From: a virus
Lineage: Duplodnaviria; Caudoviricetes
Direction: 5' to 3' (one strand)
Length of the DNA: 34,555 nt
IMG/VR virus record: IMGVR_UViG_3300015203_000020
Coordinates: 1 to 34,555 of that record
Shown here: in pieces, positions 19,053 to 26,649 of the stretch
Layout: each line of letters begins with the position of its first letter
Position numbering within the stretch: the first letter of the stretch is position 1
Program-made: the position numbers and the translations under genes
Notes under the pieces: generated by a model
Database searches by the model: none
Seen by the model: the letters and a program-made list of their open reading frames with translations, nothing else
What the model was told of the DNA's origin: nothing

Positions 19053-19316
19053 CTAATCAAATAATTCTCTATGCAATAAAAATCCCGCCTCAAATCCTTT
19101 GGCATAATGTCTATTCATGCATTCGTCAATCTGAATTTTCATTCTTTGGATTTCACCCATTAATTTATTCATTTCTGAAAAAAATTTATCCTCAAAGATA
19201 GATATTCTTTGTTGATCAGTCATTGTATAAATATCTTTTCCTGCGCATAATCCAGTGCATAATAAAACATTACTGCCATCTTCATTTTTGCATTTACAAG
19301 ACATTACATCTCCCAC
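19053..19316 (-). CDS. Hypothetical protein
   Basis: Overlaps the terL stop; Cys-rich N-terminus and coiled coil. Confidence 0.55.
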   Translation of the reverse strand: MGDVMSCKCKNEDGSNVLLCTGLCAGKDIYTMTDQQRISIFEDKFFSEMNKLMGEIQRMKIQIDECMNRHYAKGFEAGFLLHRELFD

Positions 19317-20866
19317 CTAAAGTTAGGATTAAACATATCTACCACTTCCTTCTTAGCCTTCTTCTCCGCAATACTATGAGCCGCATGCTCCAATGCCCTA
19401 TATTGTAGACAATCGTGAACATGCGAAGAACCATTTTTAAATGGCTTATCTTTAAATCTTTCTTCACCTGATACAGCTAATCTCTGAAAGTAATAATCTT
19501 TAATAAACCCCTTGCGTAATGTCTGACAATGCTTGCGATCCAAACAAAATGCTGGCTTACCATCTATCATTGTTCCCAAAAAGAACCGTACAGAAGATAG
19601 ACGAGGATCAAGCTCATTACTACGAGCCCCGACAGTATTAATTCCCAGCTCATTTAATTCTCCGATACATGACATTTCCTCGAGTATTTGATCTCTTGAT
19701 GCGCCTGAAGGATCAGCTACGTTACTGACTCCAATAGTTGAATAAGGAAAATCCCTCGCTATTCCTGGTAATACCACTGACTCAACAAATGTACGTATGC
19801 CCATCCCTTCTGAGCAATATTCTTTTAACGCCATCAGCCTTCCACGTGGCGTCATTTGTGTAACTAAGCAAGTCGGTGTCAATCCAAAGTCAAATGACAA
19901 ATCCACAGACTCACCTTGAATTGCTGTTAAGCCATCAGCCGAATGAAGATCATCGTTATATTCTGGGTAAACAAGCTTACCTGATCCCACAGACCCCCAG
20001 TCTCCCAAACAGAAGACTTTAACAAAGTTCTCTGTCTGTCCTTGTGATAGCTTTGAATAGTAATCATGTGATTGAGATAAATTATTAATATTGTCAGCAT
20101 TAAGATTCTCTTGCCATTGTCCATCTTCATCTTTTATTAACCCAGGTGGTTGTCTAAATAATCTATAATTTTCGACAGGCTTTTCGTAAAAATCTCGATA
20201 GATCCAATGATCAGTTTCACAAGGATTAGTATCAGCAATAATACCAGACCAATAGGGATCACTACAAAATTGACGACTAGGATAACGGCCGTTAATACGA
20301 CCTTTAAAATGTGATAAAGCATTTTGCGGAAGTTCCGATAATTCATTCAAATACACACCCGTTAATTCAAGAGATTTAATTTTACGTACATCGTCTGGTC
20401 TATCAAGAGCTAAAAATATGATCTCAAGCTCGACCATTCCATCGCCATCATTAAATAGATGTTCATAAGTTAATATTGGCTTCTGACGCTTCCTTATGTC
20501 TCCCAGATCACCGAACCAGGCAAGCCAAGTCTGGAGGGTTGTACTTTGTAACTCTCCGCTGGTATTTCGCACGATTCCCCATCTTGCTCGTCTTCTTCCG
20601 TTGTGCCACTTGGGCATTTCGCAGGTTCTTCTGACAATTTTTTGAATGCACATTGTTGACTTGCCAGACCCGTAAGGCCCAACCACGCAACTAACAAATG
20701 AATTATCATTCCCAAACTGAAGGCCAGTAGGGCTAGGAATATAGACTTTAGGTTTATCTTGAGCATGTATGATCGTCCTGTCTTCCAAGAATGTAATATG
20801 TTGCATCGAAGATTGATTCTTAGATTGTTCTAATTTTATTACTCTATCAAGTAGCTCACGTTTCAT
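19304..20866 (-). CDS. terL: Terminase large subunit
   Basis: Walker A GPYGSGKS, Walker B variant GVYLNE, coupling motif DTNP, RNase H-like SFDFGLTP and SHVHDCLQY. ATG 20866 preferred over GTG 20938. Confidence 0.92.
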   Translation of the reverse strand: MKRELLDRVIKLEQSKNQSSMQHITFLEDRTIIHAQDKPKVYIPSPTGLQFGNDNSFVSCVVGPYGSGKSTMCIQKIVRRTCEMPKWHNGRRRARWGIVRNTSGELQSTTLQTWLAWFGDLGDIRKRQKPILTYEHLFNDGDGMVELEIIFLALDRPDDVRKIKSLELTGVYLNELSELPQNALSHFKGRINGRYPSRQFCSDPYWSGIIADTNPCETDHWIYRDFYEKPVENYRLFRQPPGLIKDEDGQWQENLNADNINNLSQSHDYYSKLSQGQTENFVKVFCLGDWGSVGSGKLVYPEYNDDLHSADGLTAIQGESVDLSFDFGLTPTCLVTQMTPRGRLMALKEYCSEGMGIRTFVESVVLPGIARDFPYSTIGVSNVADPSGASRDQILEEMSCIGELNELGINTVGARSNELDPRLSSVRFFLGTMIDGKPAFCLDRKHCQTLRKGFIKDYYFQRLAVSGEERFKDKPFKNGSSHVHDCLQYRALEHAAHSIAEKKAKKEVVDMFNPNFRWEM

Positions 20867-21023
20867 TTGATTTCTTTTCTTTGGGTGGTCTAAGTTGTTC
20901 TTGAGTTGTAAATCGAAAGCCGCAACGCAAGCATTCACGTCTGCGACTTATAGTATTGGTTTTTTCATTTTGATTTGTATCAACGACTCGATTGGTGGGA
21001 TATCCGCAGTGCGTGCAATGCAT
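20856..21023 (-). CDS. NrdR-N-terminal-like zinc-ribbon protein, 55 aa (not in ORF track)
   Basis: MHCTHCGYPTNRVVDTNQNEKTNTISRRRECLRCGFRFTTQEQLRPPKEKKSNET, with an AGGA SD. Confidence 0.85.
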   Translation of the reverse strand: MHCTHCGYPTNRVVDTNQNEKTNTISRRRECLRCGFRFTTQEQLRPPKEKKSNET

Positions 21024-21047
21024 TTATCATCCTAAAATGTTTCTCAA

Positions 21048-21063
21048 TGTTTCTCGTGGAACA
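21048..21063. promoter_or_regulatory. parS-like palindrome
   Basis: TGTTTCTCGTGGAACA; its reverse complement TGTTCCACGAGAAACA is one mismatch from TGTTNCACGTGAAACA. Intergenic. Confidence 0.55.
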
Positions 21064-21073
21064 ATGTAACAAT

Positions 21074-21250
21074 TTAAAATCCGTCGTAATTTGCGTCTTT
21101 TTGATCGCCAGTGGTTGAAAGCTTTGGCCGAGGTTTTAATAAATAAGCTGGATAAGTTTGACCTGGAGTGTCATGACACATTTCTTTAGTGCCATCTTGA
21201 TGTTTCGGAAGTGATGCATTCATGCCGACCATTTCTAATGCTTTATCCAT
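21074..21250 (-). CDS. Hypothetical 58-aa protein (not in ORF track)
   Basis: MDKALEMVGMNASLPKHQDGTKEMCHDTPGQTYPAYLLKPRPKLSTTGDQKDANYDGF; overlaps the terS stop and has an AAGGA SD. Confidence 0.6.
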   Translation of the reverse strand: MDKALEMVGMNASLPKHQDGTKEMCHDTPGQTYPAYLLKPRPKLSTTGDQKDANYDGF

Positions 21251-21686
21251 TGCTATTATCCTTTTGAGATTTCTCTAATTTCTCTAGTCTTTCGCGCATT
21301 TCTATTTCTACAGAATCAGCAGTAAATTGCTTACGCCATCTGCGTTCTAATAGCCATGCTCTTGCTTGCCAACGCTCTGTTTGGTCTTCCAAAGCAGCTA
21401 TGTGAGATTTAACTTTCGTCATCTCTGCTTCTTTAATATCCTTGGAAAATTTTGCAAATTCGGAATCATTATTTCCGTTCTCTCTATCTTTTATTCCGCG
21501 ATTAATCCAATCATATAATGTGGATTCATCTATGCGAGCACTCCATGCAGCCATTTCGTATGGAAGGTTATGTAAAATAGCATCAATGATTTTAGCCCTA
21601 ATTTTTGGGCACATTTTGGTTGGTCTACCAACATCATTCATTCGAGCAATTCCATTGTAATTGATTACTAATTGTCCTCTTAACAT
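21243..21686 (-). CDS. terS: Terminase small subunit (HTH type); probable start 21641
   Basis: GRPTK, an HTH (YEMAAWSARIDESTLYDW) and WQARAWLLERR; upstream of terL. Confidence 0.78.
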   Translation of the reverse strand: MLRGQLVINYNGIARMNDVGRPTKMCPKIRAKIIDAILHNLPYEMAAWSARIDESTLYDWINRGIKDRENGNNDSEFAKFSKDIKEAEMTKVKSHIAALEDQTERWQARAWLLERRWRKQFTADSVEIEMRERLEKLEKSQKDNSNG

Positions 21687-21729
21687 AAAGATATTGCAAG
21701 GGGGAGAATGAAATATATGACAACAAATG

Positions 21730-21758
21730 TTGACATAGGGAAATAGGCTTGATATGAT
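21730..21758 (+). promoter_or_regulatory. Sigma70-type promoter
   Basis: TTGACA, 17 nt, TATGAT, upstream of the AAGGA SD and ATG 21781. Confidence 0.8.
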
Positions 21759-21780
21759 GCCGGAATAAGGATAAATAAAA

Positions 21781-21978
21781 ATGAAATTCAGATTAATTAA
21801 AGAAAAACGTTTTGTATGTTATACATTAGAAGTTTTTGAAAATAATGAATGGAAATATATTGAAATGGTAAGCGGTACAGAAGATGAAGCAAAACAAACA
21901 GCAAAATATTATATTGAAAAATATAAGCAGGAAATTTTAAAACCAGATATGAATATTATTCAAGAATGGGAAGAATAA
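21781..21978 (+). CDS. Hypothetical protein
   Basis: First gene behind a near-consensus promoter, with a good SD. Confidence 0.7.
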   Translation: MKFRLIKEKRFVCYTLEVFENNEWKYIEMVSGTEDEAKQTAKYYIEKYKQEILKPDMNIIQEWEE

Positions 21979-21980
21979 AA

Positions 21981-22130
21981 ATGATATCTACAATAACAAA
22001 TATAATTGTGGCATCTATTTACAGTGTTCTTTGTTTTTGGTTGAAAAGTCCGGCATATGTAGCATTTATGTTATTTGTGGTGAGTTTTTTGGGGCTTGAG
22101 ATTATTGACGCAATAAGAGGAAGAAGATAA
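21981..22130 (+). CDS. 49-aa membrane peptide with two hydrophobic segments (not in ORF track)
   Basis: MISTITNIIVASIYSVLCFWLKSPAYVAFMLFVVSFLGLEIIDAIRGRR. Confidence 0.6.
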   Translation: MISTITNIIVASIYSVLCFWLKSPAYVAFMLFVVSFLGLEIIDAIRGRR

Positions 22131-22216
22131 TGAAAAACTATTTTTACAAAAATTTAATTTGGTGCATAATCATCGGTTTAGGAATTTACGAATGTTTAAG
22201 ATTAATTACAAATTAA
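22130..22216 (+). CDS. 28-aa single-TM peptide (not in ORF track)
   Basis: MKNYFYKNLIWCIIIGLGIYECLRLITN, with TAATG coupling and a GAGG SD. Confidence 0.5.
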   Translation: MKNYFYKNLIWCIIIGLGIYECLRLITN

Positions 22217-22225
22217 GGAATTAAA

Positions 22226-22459
22226 ATGATTAAAAATAAATTTTCATCAAAAATGTATCGCGAAGGGTTTGCAGACGCATTAAATTTAGTTATTAAAATA
22301 ATAAGTAGAAATCCAGTAATATTAGGTCATGAAATAGCTAAATTTCTCCATGAACATTTTACGGAAAAAAAATGCCTGCACATCGGACAGGAAGCACAGG
22401 CCAAAGACAAAACGAGAATAAACAAATCAAGGATTTTGTTTCAGGAATCAGAGCGATGA
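22226..22459 (+). CDS. Hypothetical protein
   Basis: AAGGA SD; last gene of the plus-strand cassette. Confidence 0.6.
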   Translation: MIKNKFSSKMYREGFADALNLVIKIISRNPVILGHEIAKFLHEHFTEKKCLHIGQEAQAKDKTRINKSRILFQESER

Positions 22460-22608
22460 TACGCTGAGACTTCGCATACTTCAATAGATGGGGAGGATAA
22501 ATTATTTTTAAAATCCCTCCAATCGGACAATTCTAGCTCATGGTGTGCCAAGATGACGATGACAAATGTCACCCAAAGAATTTTGAATATATTCCACAAC
22601 CATTGCAT
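22441..22608 (-). CDS. 55-aa membrane-anchored protein after the holin (not in ORF track)
   Basis: MQWLWNIFKILWVTFVIVILAHHELELSDWRDFKNNLSSPSIEVCEVSAYHRSDS; starts 2 nt after the holin stop. Confidence 0.5.
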   Translation of the reverse strand: MQWLWNIFKILWVTFVIVILAHHELELSDWRDFKNNLSSPSIEVCEVSAYHRSDS

Positions 22609-22610
22609 AG

Positions 22611-23048
22611 CTAGCTACCGAAATAAAGTTTAAAGACCGTCTTTAATTCAGATAATAGTACGCCAATGCTGACGAGTAAGAAATGGTTTAGATTGGAATC
22701 TTTTACAAATATTAAAGCAACAATATTGAGGGCAGTGAGCACGAGCAATCCAGCCACTAGGAAGTTACGCATCTTTTCCACATTTGTCATTCCACGAGCA
22801 GAGATTGTGTCATCCACAGACAGCTTTTTTAGCGCTTCTTCATGTTTAGCTTCAATATCTTTTAGCTTTTCTTCTGCCTCAGGGTCAGAAGATATTTTGG
22901 CTAGCATTTCGGGCAGAGATCCGCCGCCAAAAGCTTCTGAGATCAGAGAGCCCGCAATACCACCCCATGGGCCACCCAATACACTGCCCAATAACGGAGC
23001 TACCTTTGTTACAGTTGAAACAAGATCGGTCATCCAAGCTTCAGTCAT
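22611..23048 (-). CDS. Holin-like membrane protein (3TM / GTA-holin type)
   Basis: VAPLLGSVLGGPWGGIAG, DDTISAR, two C-terminal TM helices ending YFGS; in the lysis cluster with an ATGA overlap to the HNH gene. Confidence 0.72.
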   Translation of the reverse strand: MTEAWMTDLVSTVTKVAPLLGSVLGGPWGGIAGSLISEAFGGGSLPEMLAKISSDPEAEEKLKDIEAKHEEALKKLSVDDTISARGMTNVEKMRNFLVAGLLVLTALNIVALIFVKDSNLNHFLLVSIGVLLSELKTVFKLYFGS

Positions 23049-23650
23049 AAAATATTCCATCCTTTATTCGAAACTATTCTATGGATAGTACTCTTTGCAA
23101 CATTAAATTCATTGGCTAATTGTGACAATGAGCATTGGGGATATTTTGTTCTTATAGATTTTATGTCTATATTTTTTAATTTAGAAGCAGGATGACCCTC
23201 GCCTTTCATTCTTGGCGGAGTAGGAATTGTTCCATGAAGATACATATCATTCATATTGTTTTTGTGAGTGTCCCATCTTAAATTATGGATATGATTATTT
23301 TTATAATTACCATCATTGTGACAGGCTTCTTGATCTTTTAAAGGGAACCCACGAAAAGTTATTAATACTAATCTCGCTACTGTTTTTACATATGTTTTAT
23401 TATTTTTTCGTAAAGTTACCTTAGTTACTTTTTTATAGTTATCGTTTCTAAAATAAAGTTTTAATAATTTTTCTTTTTTATTAATAATTCTTGTTTCTAC
23501 TTTATAATTTTTATTAGATGTAAGATAACCAAATTCATCACGGCGAATAAAAAATTTTATTGTTCTAGCATTAGATTTAACTCTTCCAAATGAACTTATT
23601 TGATAATCTGGAAATTCCTCTATTGTTTTCCATATTTCATTATTTTCCAT
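23045..23650 (-). CDS. NUMOD4-HNH homing endonuclease with C-terminal HTH
   Basis: EIWKTIEEFPDYQISSFGRVKS (NUMOD4); ACHNDGNYKNNHIHNLRWDTHKNN (HNH). Confidence 0.92.
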   Translation of the reverse strand: MENNEIWKTIEEFPDYQISSFGRVKSNARTIKFFIRRDEFGYLTSNKNYKVETRIINKKEKLLKLYFRNDNYKKVTKVTLRKNNKTYVKTVARLVLITFRGFPLKDQEACHNDGNYKNNHIHNLRWDTHKNNMNDMYLHGTIPTPPRMKGEGHPASKLKNIDIKSIRTKYPQCSLSQLANEFNVAKSTIHRIVSNKGWNIL

Positions 23651-23658
23651 TTTATATC

Positions 23659-24081
23659 CTATGATTCTAATAAAAATGCATATTTTTGATATCTATTATG
23701 TAAAAGTCTTGCCGCTTCAGAATCCAGTAATTCACTGGCCGCCATTTTAAAATCAGAATTTTCGATAGCATTTAACATTTTACGAAAATTCATCAATCCT
23801 ATTATGCCTAAATTATAGGACAAAGCAAGAAGCACAGACTTTCTTGTATCGTCTAGTTTTAAATAAGTTGGATAAGATTTTATCAATTCTTCTTCGCAAA
23901 CAGAAACATCTTCTAATAACATTGCTTCTGCAATGCTTTTACTAATACCATTTGCAGTCAAATTATGACCGAACCCACAAGTCATATGGCCAGTGGTGTC
24001 TTGATAAACATACTGACGAAACCCTTCATCAGTTTTAAGACCTTCTAAAAATTGATCAAACGCACTGCCTGTTAATATCAT
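23659..24081 (-). CDS. Endolysin, GH24 (T4-lysozyme-like) muramidase
   Basis: DEGFRQYVYQDTTGHMTCGFGHNL with the E-x8-D-x5-T catalytic triad, plus YNLG and FRKMLNA. Confidence 0.92.
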   Translation of the reverse strand: MILTGSAFDQFLEGLKTDEGFRQYVYQDTTGHMTCGFGHNLTANGISKSIAEAMLLEDVSVCEEELIKSYPTYLKLDDTRKSVLLALSYNLGIIGLMNFRKMLNAIENSDFKMAASELLDSEAARLLHNRYQKYAFLLES

Positions 24082-24223
24082 CTAAACTTTCCTCCTCATC
24101 CATGGCTCCTAAATCAAATGATAGCATACCGTCACACGCCCTACCGCATCGGTCACACACGTAATAATGTGTTGTATGTCCATCAACAGTCATATCAGCT
24201 CGACAACATCTTGACACCATCAT
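24056..24223 (-). CDS. Small Zn-ribbon protein (not in ORF track)
   Basis: MMVSRCCRADMTVDGHTTHYYVCDRCGRACDG...; bridges the VRR-NUC and lysozyme genes. Confidence 0.6.
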   Translation of the reverse strand: MMVSRCCRADMTVDGHTTHYYVCDRCGRACDGMLSFDLGAMDEEESLDDINRQCV

Positions 24224-24623
24224 TAAACCTGCCATCCAAATAAGTAATTATTGTTTTAATTGCAGCCTCAGCCCCCCAGCACACCCTAGCCGCATATCCC
24301 GAATCTGAGAGCCACTGTAGCCATTCATGCTGTTCGGGGGATACTATCCCACCCCCTGACCGTTTTAATTCAATGTAGAGGCCGTGGTAAGGCTCTATTG
24401 GCATCGGTATGCAAATGTCTGGCACGCCAGGACTCACTCCGCTGCGTTTTAAGTTAGCCGCCTCAATCAAAGTACGCCATGATCCATTAGGGATTGCATA
24501 ATGTTTGATCTTCTTTATTTTCATCCAGTCGACCAGAGCTATTTGTTCCTGTAGCTCGGTTGCTGTCAAAGCTCTCTTTCTGCGTTTCTTTATCTGAGCT
24601 GATTTTAGATCCACTATTTCCAT
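24195..24623 (-). CDS. VRR-NUC domain nuclease
   Basis: AIPNG...GVSPGVPD...GLYIELK...SPEQHEWL, a PD-(D/E)xK motif. Confidence 0.9.
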   Translation of the reverse strand: MEIVDLKSAQIKKRRKRALTATELQEQIALVDWMKIKKIKHYAIPNGSWRTLIEAANLKRSGVSPGVPDICIPMPIEPYHGLYIELKRSGGGIVSPEQHEWLQWLSDSGYAARVCWGAEAAIKTIITYLDGRFNDGVKMLSS

Positions 24624-24771
24624 ATAGTGCCTTTAATCCTTCAAAGTAATTTGTAGTAAAGATACGTTTCATTTCATCAATCCTTGTAACCATATGGCTT
24701 ATAAGATTTTGAATATTGTTTATGTTGCTCTTGTGGCTCAGTTGGAACATATTCTCGTCTGTTTCTTTCAA
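24487..24771 (-). CDS. Hypothetical protein
   Basis: ORF track; overlaps both neighbours. Confidence 0.35.
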   Translation of the reverse strand: MKETDENMFQLSHKSNINNIQNLISHMVTRIDEMKRIFTTNYFEGLKALYGNSGSKISSDKETQKESFDSNRATGTNSSGRLDENKEDQTLCNP

Positions 24772-24940
24772 CCATTTCCCATGCCTCGATTTCTCTTAGC
24801 CAGCGATTTCGATCATATTTGTCATCATTGCTCAACGTTCTAATGGCTTCCAATTCCGGGATAGCTATTAATCTTGCTCTTCTCACTTTTTCTTTTTCAA
24901 TCACTGATTGGGCGTGTGCGCCACAATCCAATATGATCAT
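24677..24940 (-). CDS. Hypothetical protein downstream of the initiator
   Basis: ATGA overlap with the initiator gene. Confidence 0.55.
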   Translation of the reverse strand: MIILDCGAHAQSVIEKEKVRRARLIAIPELEAIRTLSNDDKYDRNRWLREIEAWEMVERNRREYVPTEPQEQHKQYSKSYKPYGYKD

Positions 24941-25590
24941 TGTAGCTTTCCTTCTTCCTTGAGCTTAAGTCCTAATTTTTTTAATGCTTCTTTTGAATTT
25001 ATCATTTCTTGCTCATGTTTATGATCATACCCATTGGATTTATATTCTCCAATTTCATTCTTTCCGAAAAATGATTTCAGACGTATTTTATTGTTTCTTA
25101 ATTGATCATCCTCGCTTTTAGCTTTTTGCTTTTGGATTTCAGGTGCAACCTCGCCGTTAGGCGCACTGATAGTTAATACTGATAAGTCAATATTGATCGT
25201 GTCAACTGGGGTTGACCGGTGCGGTCTACTGCAGTTGACCGGTAGCGCAACTGCAGTTGACCGGTCAGGAGTTATACAGCGGTCAACTGCAGTTGACTGG
25301 TCAAGGAGGAAATTAAGTATGTATTGATGCGCTTTACCTGTCTTTCTTATGACCGAAATGATATTTTTTTCATCAAGTATATTGATACGCATTTTGATAT
25401 AAGTGGGAGTTTTTCTGAGCAATTTTGCAAGAGTAGCGGTAGATGGAAAGATACCTTTAGGGCCATAAAATTTAGCCAATAGTATTAATATATGTTTATC
25501 AATATCTAAGATATGGTATTTGTCTATTTCTTCCGAATAAACAAAATTCATTACTTGAAATACGACGTGGACGTCTTTTTGTTTAGCCAT
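24937..25590 (-). CDS. Replication initiator/replisome organizer (N-terminal winged HTH)
   Basis: IFPSTATLAKLLRKT...INILDEKNIISV HTH followed by a linker encoded by DNA repeats, as in lambda O; AAGGAGG SD. Confidence 0.75.
   Translation of the reverse strand: MAKQKDVHVVFQVMNFVYSEEIDKYHILDIDKHILILLAKFYGPKGIFPSTATLAKLLRKTPTYIKMRINILDEKNIISVIRKTGKAHQYILNFLLDQSTAVDRCITPDRSTAVALPVNCSRPHRSTPVDTINIDLSVLTISAPNGEVAPEIQKQKAKSEDDQLRNNKIRLKSFFGKNEIGEYKSNGYDHKHEQEMINSKEALKKLGLKLKEEGKLQ
25201..25297. repeat. Four palindromic 16-bp iterons (GTCAACTGCAGTTGAC consensus); putative replication origin
   Basis: Copies at 25201, 25224, 25246 and 25282, each followed by C/TGGT. Confidence 0.8.
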
Positions 25591-25609
25591 ATACCCTCCT
25601 TGGTATTAA

Positions 25610-25846
25610 TTAACTCATATGACTAAATGGCGGTAATCTCTTTTGATTAAAAATGAAATAATTAATTTCATCAACAAGTTGTTTTGCTGAAATTTCTACA
25701 TAATAAAAATAATCTTTATAAGTATTAAAAGAACAACAAATTCTATCATAAGGCTCAATAGATTTAATTTCAGTTAATTTGATAAAACATTCTTGACGTG
25801 ATTTGATATTGGTAGCTTGGATGAACGCACCATCTATAATAGACAT
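25610..25846 (-). CDS. Hypothetical protein
   Basis: AAGGA SD; upstream of the initiator. Confidence 0.6.
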   Translation of the reverse strand: MSIIDGAFIQATNIKSRQECFIKLTEIKSIEPYDRICCSFNTYKDYFYYVEISAKQLVDEINYFIFNQKRLPPFSHMS

Positions 25847-25931
25847 TTAATTGTTCCTTACAGAGTATTAATACTTGATTTAATCCTTCAATATATTAAA
25901 ATACTCTTACACAGTTTATAGGGATATTCTC

Positions 25932-25963
25932 ACAGGCGCGGTTTATCACACCACGCCTGTTTT
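25932..25963. terminator. GC-rich hairpin, possible terminator or attenuator
   Basis: ACAGGCGCGGT-N7-ACCACGCCTGT followed by TTT on plus; fully paired with one G-U on minus. Confidence 0.5.
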
Positions 25964-26003
25964 CACATCATACTCCCTCAAATCATTAATTTAAAATACA
26001 TTT

Positions 26004-26183
26004 TTACCCACGATAAGCCTTAAACTTTCGCCTCTTTATTATTTCTGGACCACCAACAATACCTGTTCTGTAATACCTCATCGCATGCGCCGTACACAAC
26101 ATATGCTTCAATATATATACCTTTCTTGGGCAACCTTTAATTGAGCAAGGATAAGGATGAAGCTTAATTTTTTTTGATTTCAT
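26004..26183 (-). CDS. Basic 59-aa C3H zinc-finger protein (not in ORF track)
   Basis: MKSKKIKLHPYPCSIKGCPRKVYILKHMLCTAHAMRYYRTGIVGGPEIIKRRKFKAYRG. Confidence 0.7.
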   Translation of the reverse strand: MKSKKIKLHPYPCSIKGCPRKVYILKHMLCTAHAMRYYRTGIVGGPEIIKRRKFKAYRG

Positions 26184-26257
26184 GGTAAATAACTCTTGTA
26201 AGAGATAGAAAAATAGTTATACTGAATGCAATCAGGTAAGTCAATTAGGGAATTAAG

Positions 26258-26605
26258 ATGGATATCAAGAGGGATATGACAACAAAAGAAATCACTGAAA
26301 TGCTGACAGAAGATAGTGAGATTTTAGGCAAATCAATGATCAATATAATTAATTCTAATTATGTTATCAAAAATAAATATAGCCCTATATCAATAAAAGA
26401 AATGGATAAATTATTAATAATATTTGAGTCTGTTTTTAAATCATGTTTTCTTTTGATTAATGACGGAGACGAAGAGAATTTAGAAAAAAATATAACAGCA
26501 ATGAAAGAATTGTTTTTAGAATTTGGACGAATTGTAACTTGGGCACGCGAGGCTGAGGTGGAAGCAAAAAAAGAAAGTAAAAAAAAGAAAGTAGTTTTAA
26601 ATTAG
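26258..26605 (+). CDS. Hypothetical helical protein
   Basis: AGGGA SD; AT-rich. Confidence 0.65.
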   Translation: MDIKRDMTTKEITEMLTEDSEILGKSMINIINSNYVIKNKYSPISIKEMDKLLIIFESVFKSCFLLINDGDEENLEKNITAMKELFLEFGRIVTWAREAEVEAKKESKKKKVVLN

Positions 26606-26649
26606 TTGTTAATTAGTTGTTAAATTAAATCAATCAAGAGGGAATCAAA

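Noticed and set aside
22441-22608. Spanin assignment
   Set aside because: The periplasmic part is very short and I found no lipobox partner, so it is left as an unassigned membrane protein.
3836-23424. Nested or antisense ORFs within structural, terminase and lysis genes (e.g. 3836, 5323, 6870, 7190, 12476, 12555, 14129, 14922, 15440, 15704, 19927, 20137, 20494, 20508, 21442, 22666, 23227)
   Set aside because: They lie largely or wholly inside well-supported genes and have no recognisable motifs.
23045-23650. Group I intron around either endonuclease gene
   Set aside because: Flanking genes are intact and abut or overlap the endonuclease ORFs, leaving no room for a ribozyme core.
25201-25297. 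CRISPR mini-array
   Set aside because: Repeats are 16 bp with spacers of only 6-20 bp, inside an ORF, with no cas genes; iterons explain them better.
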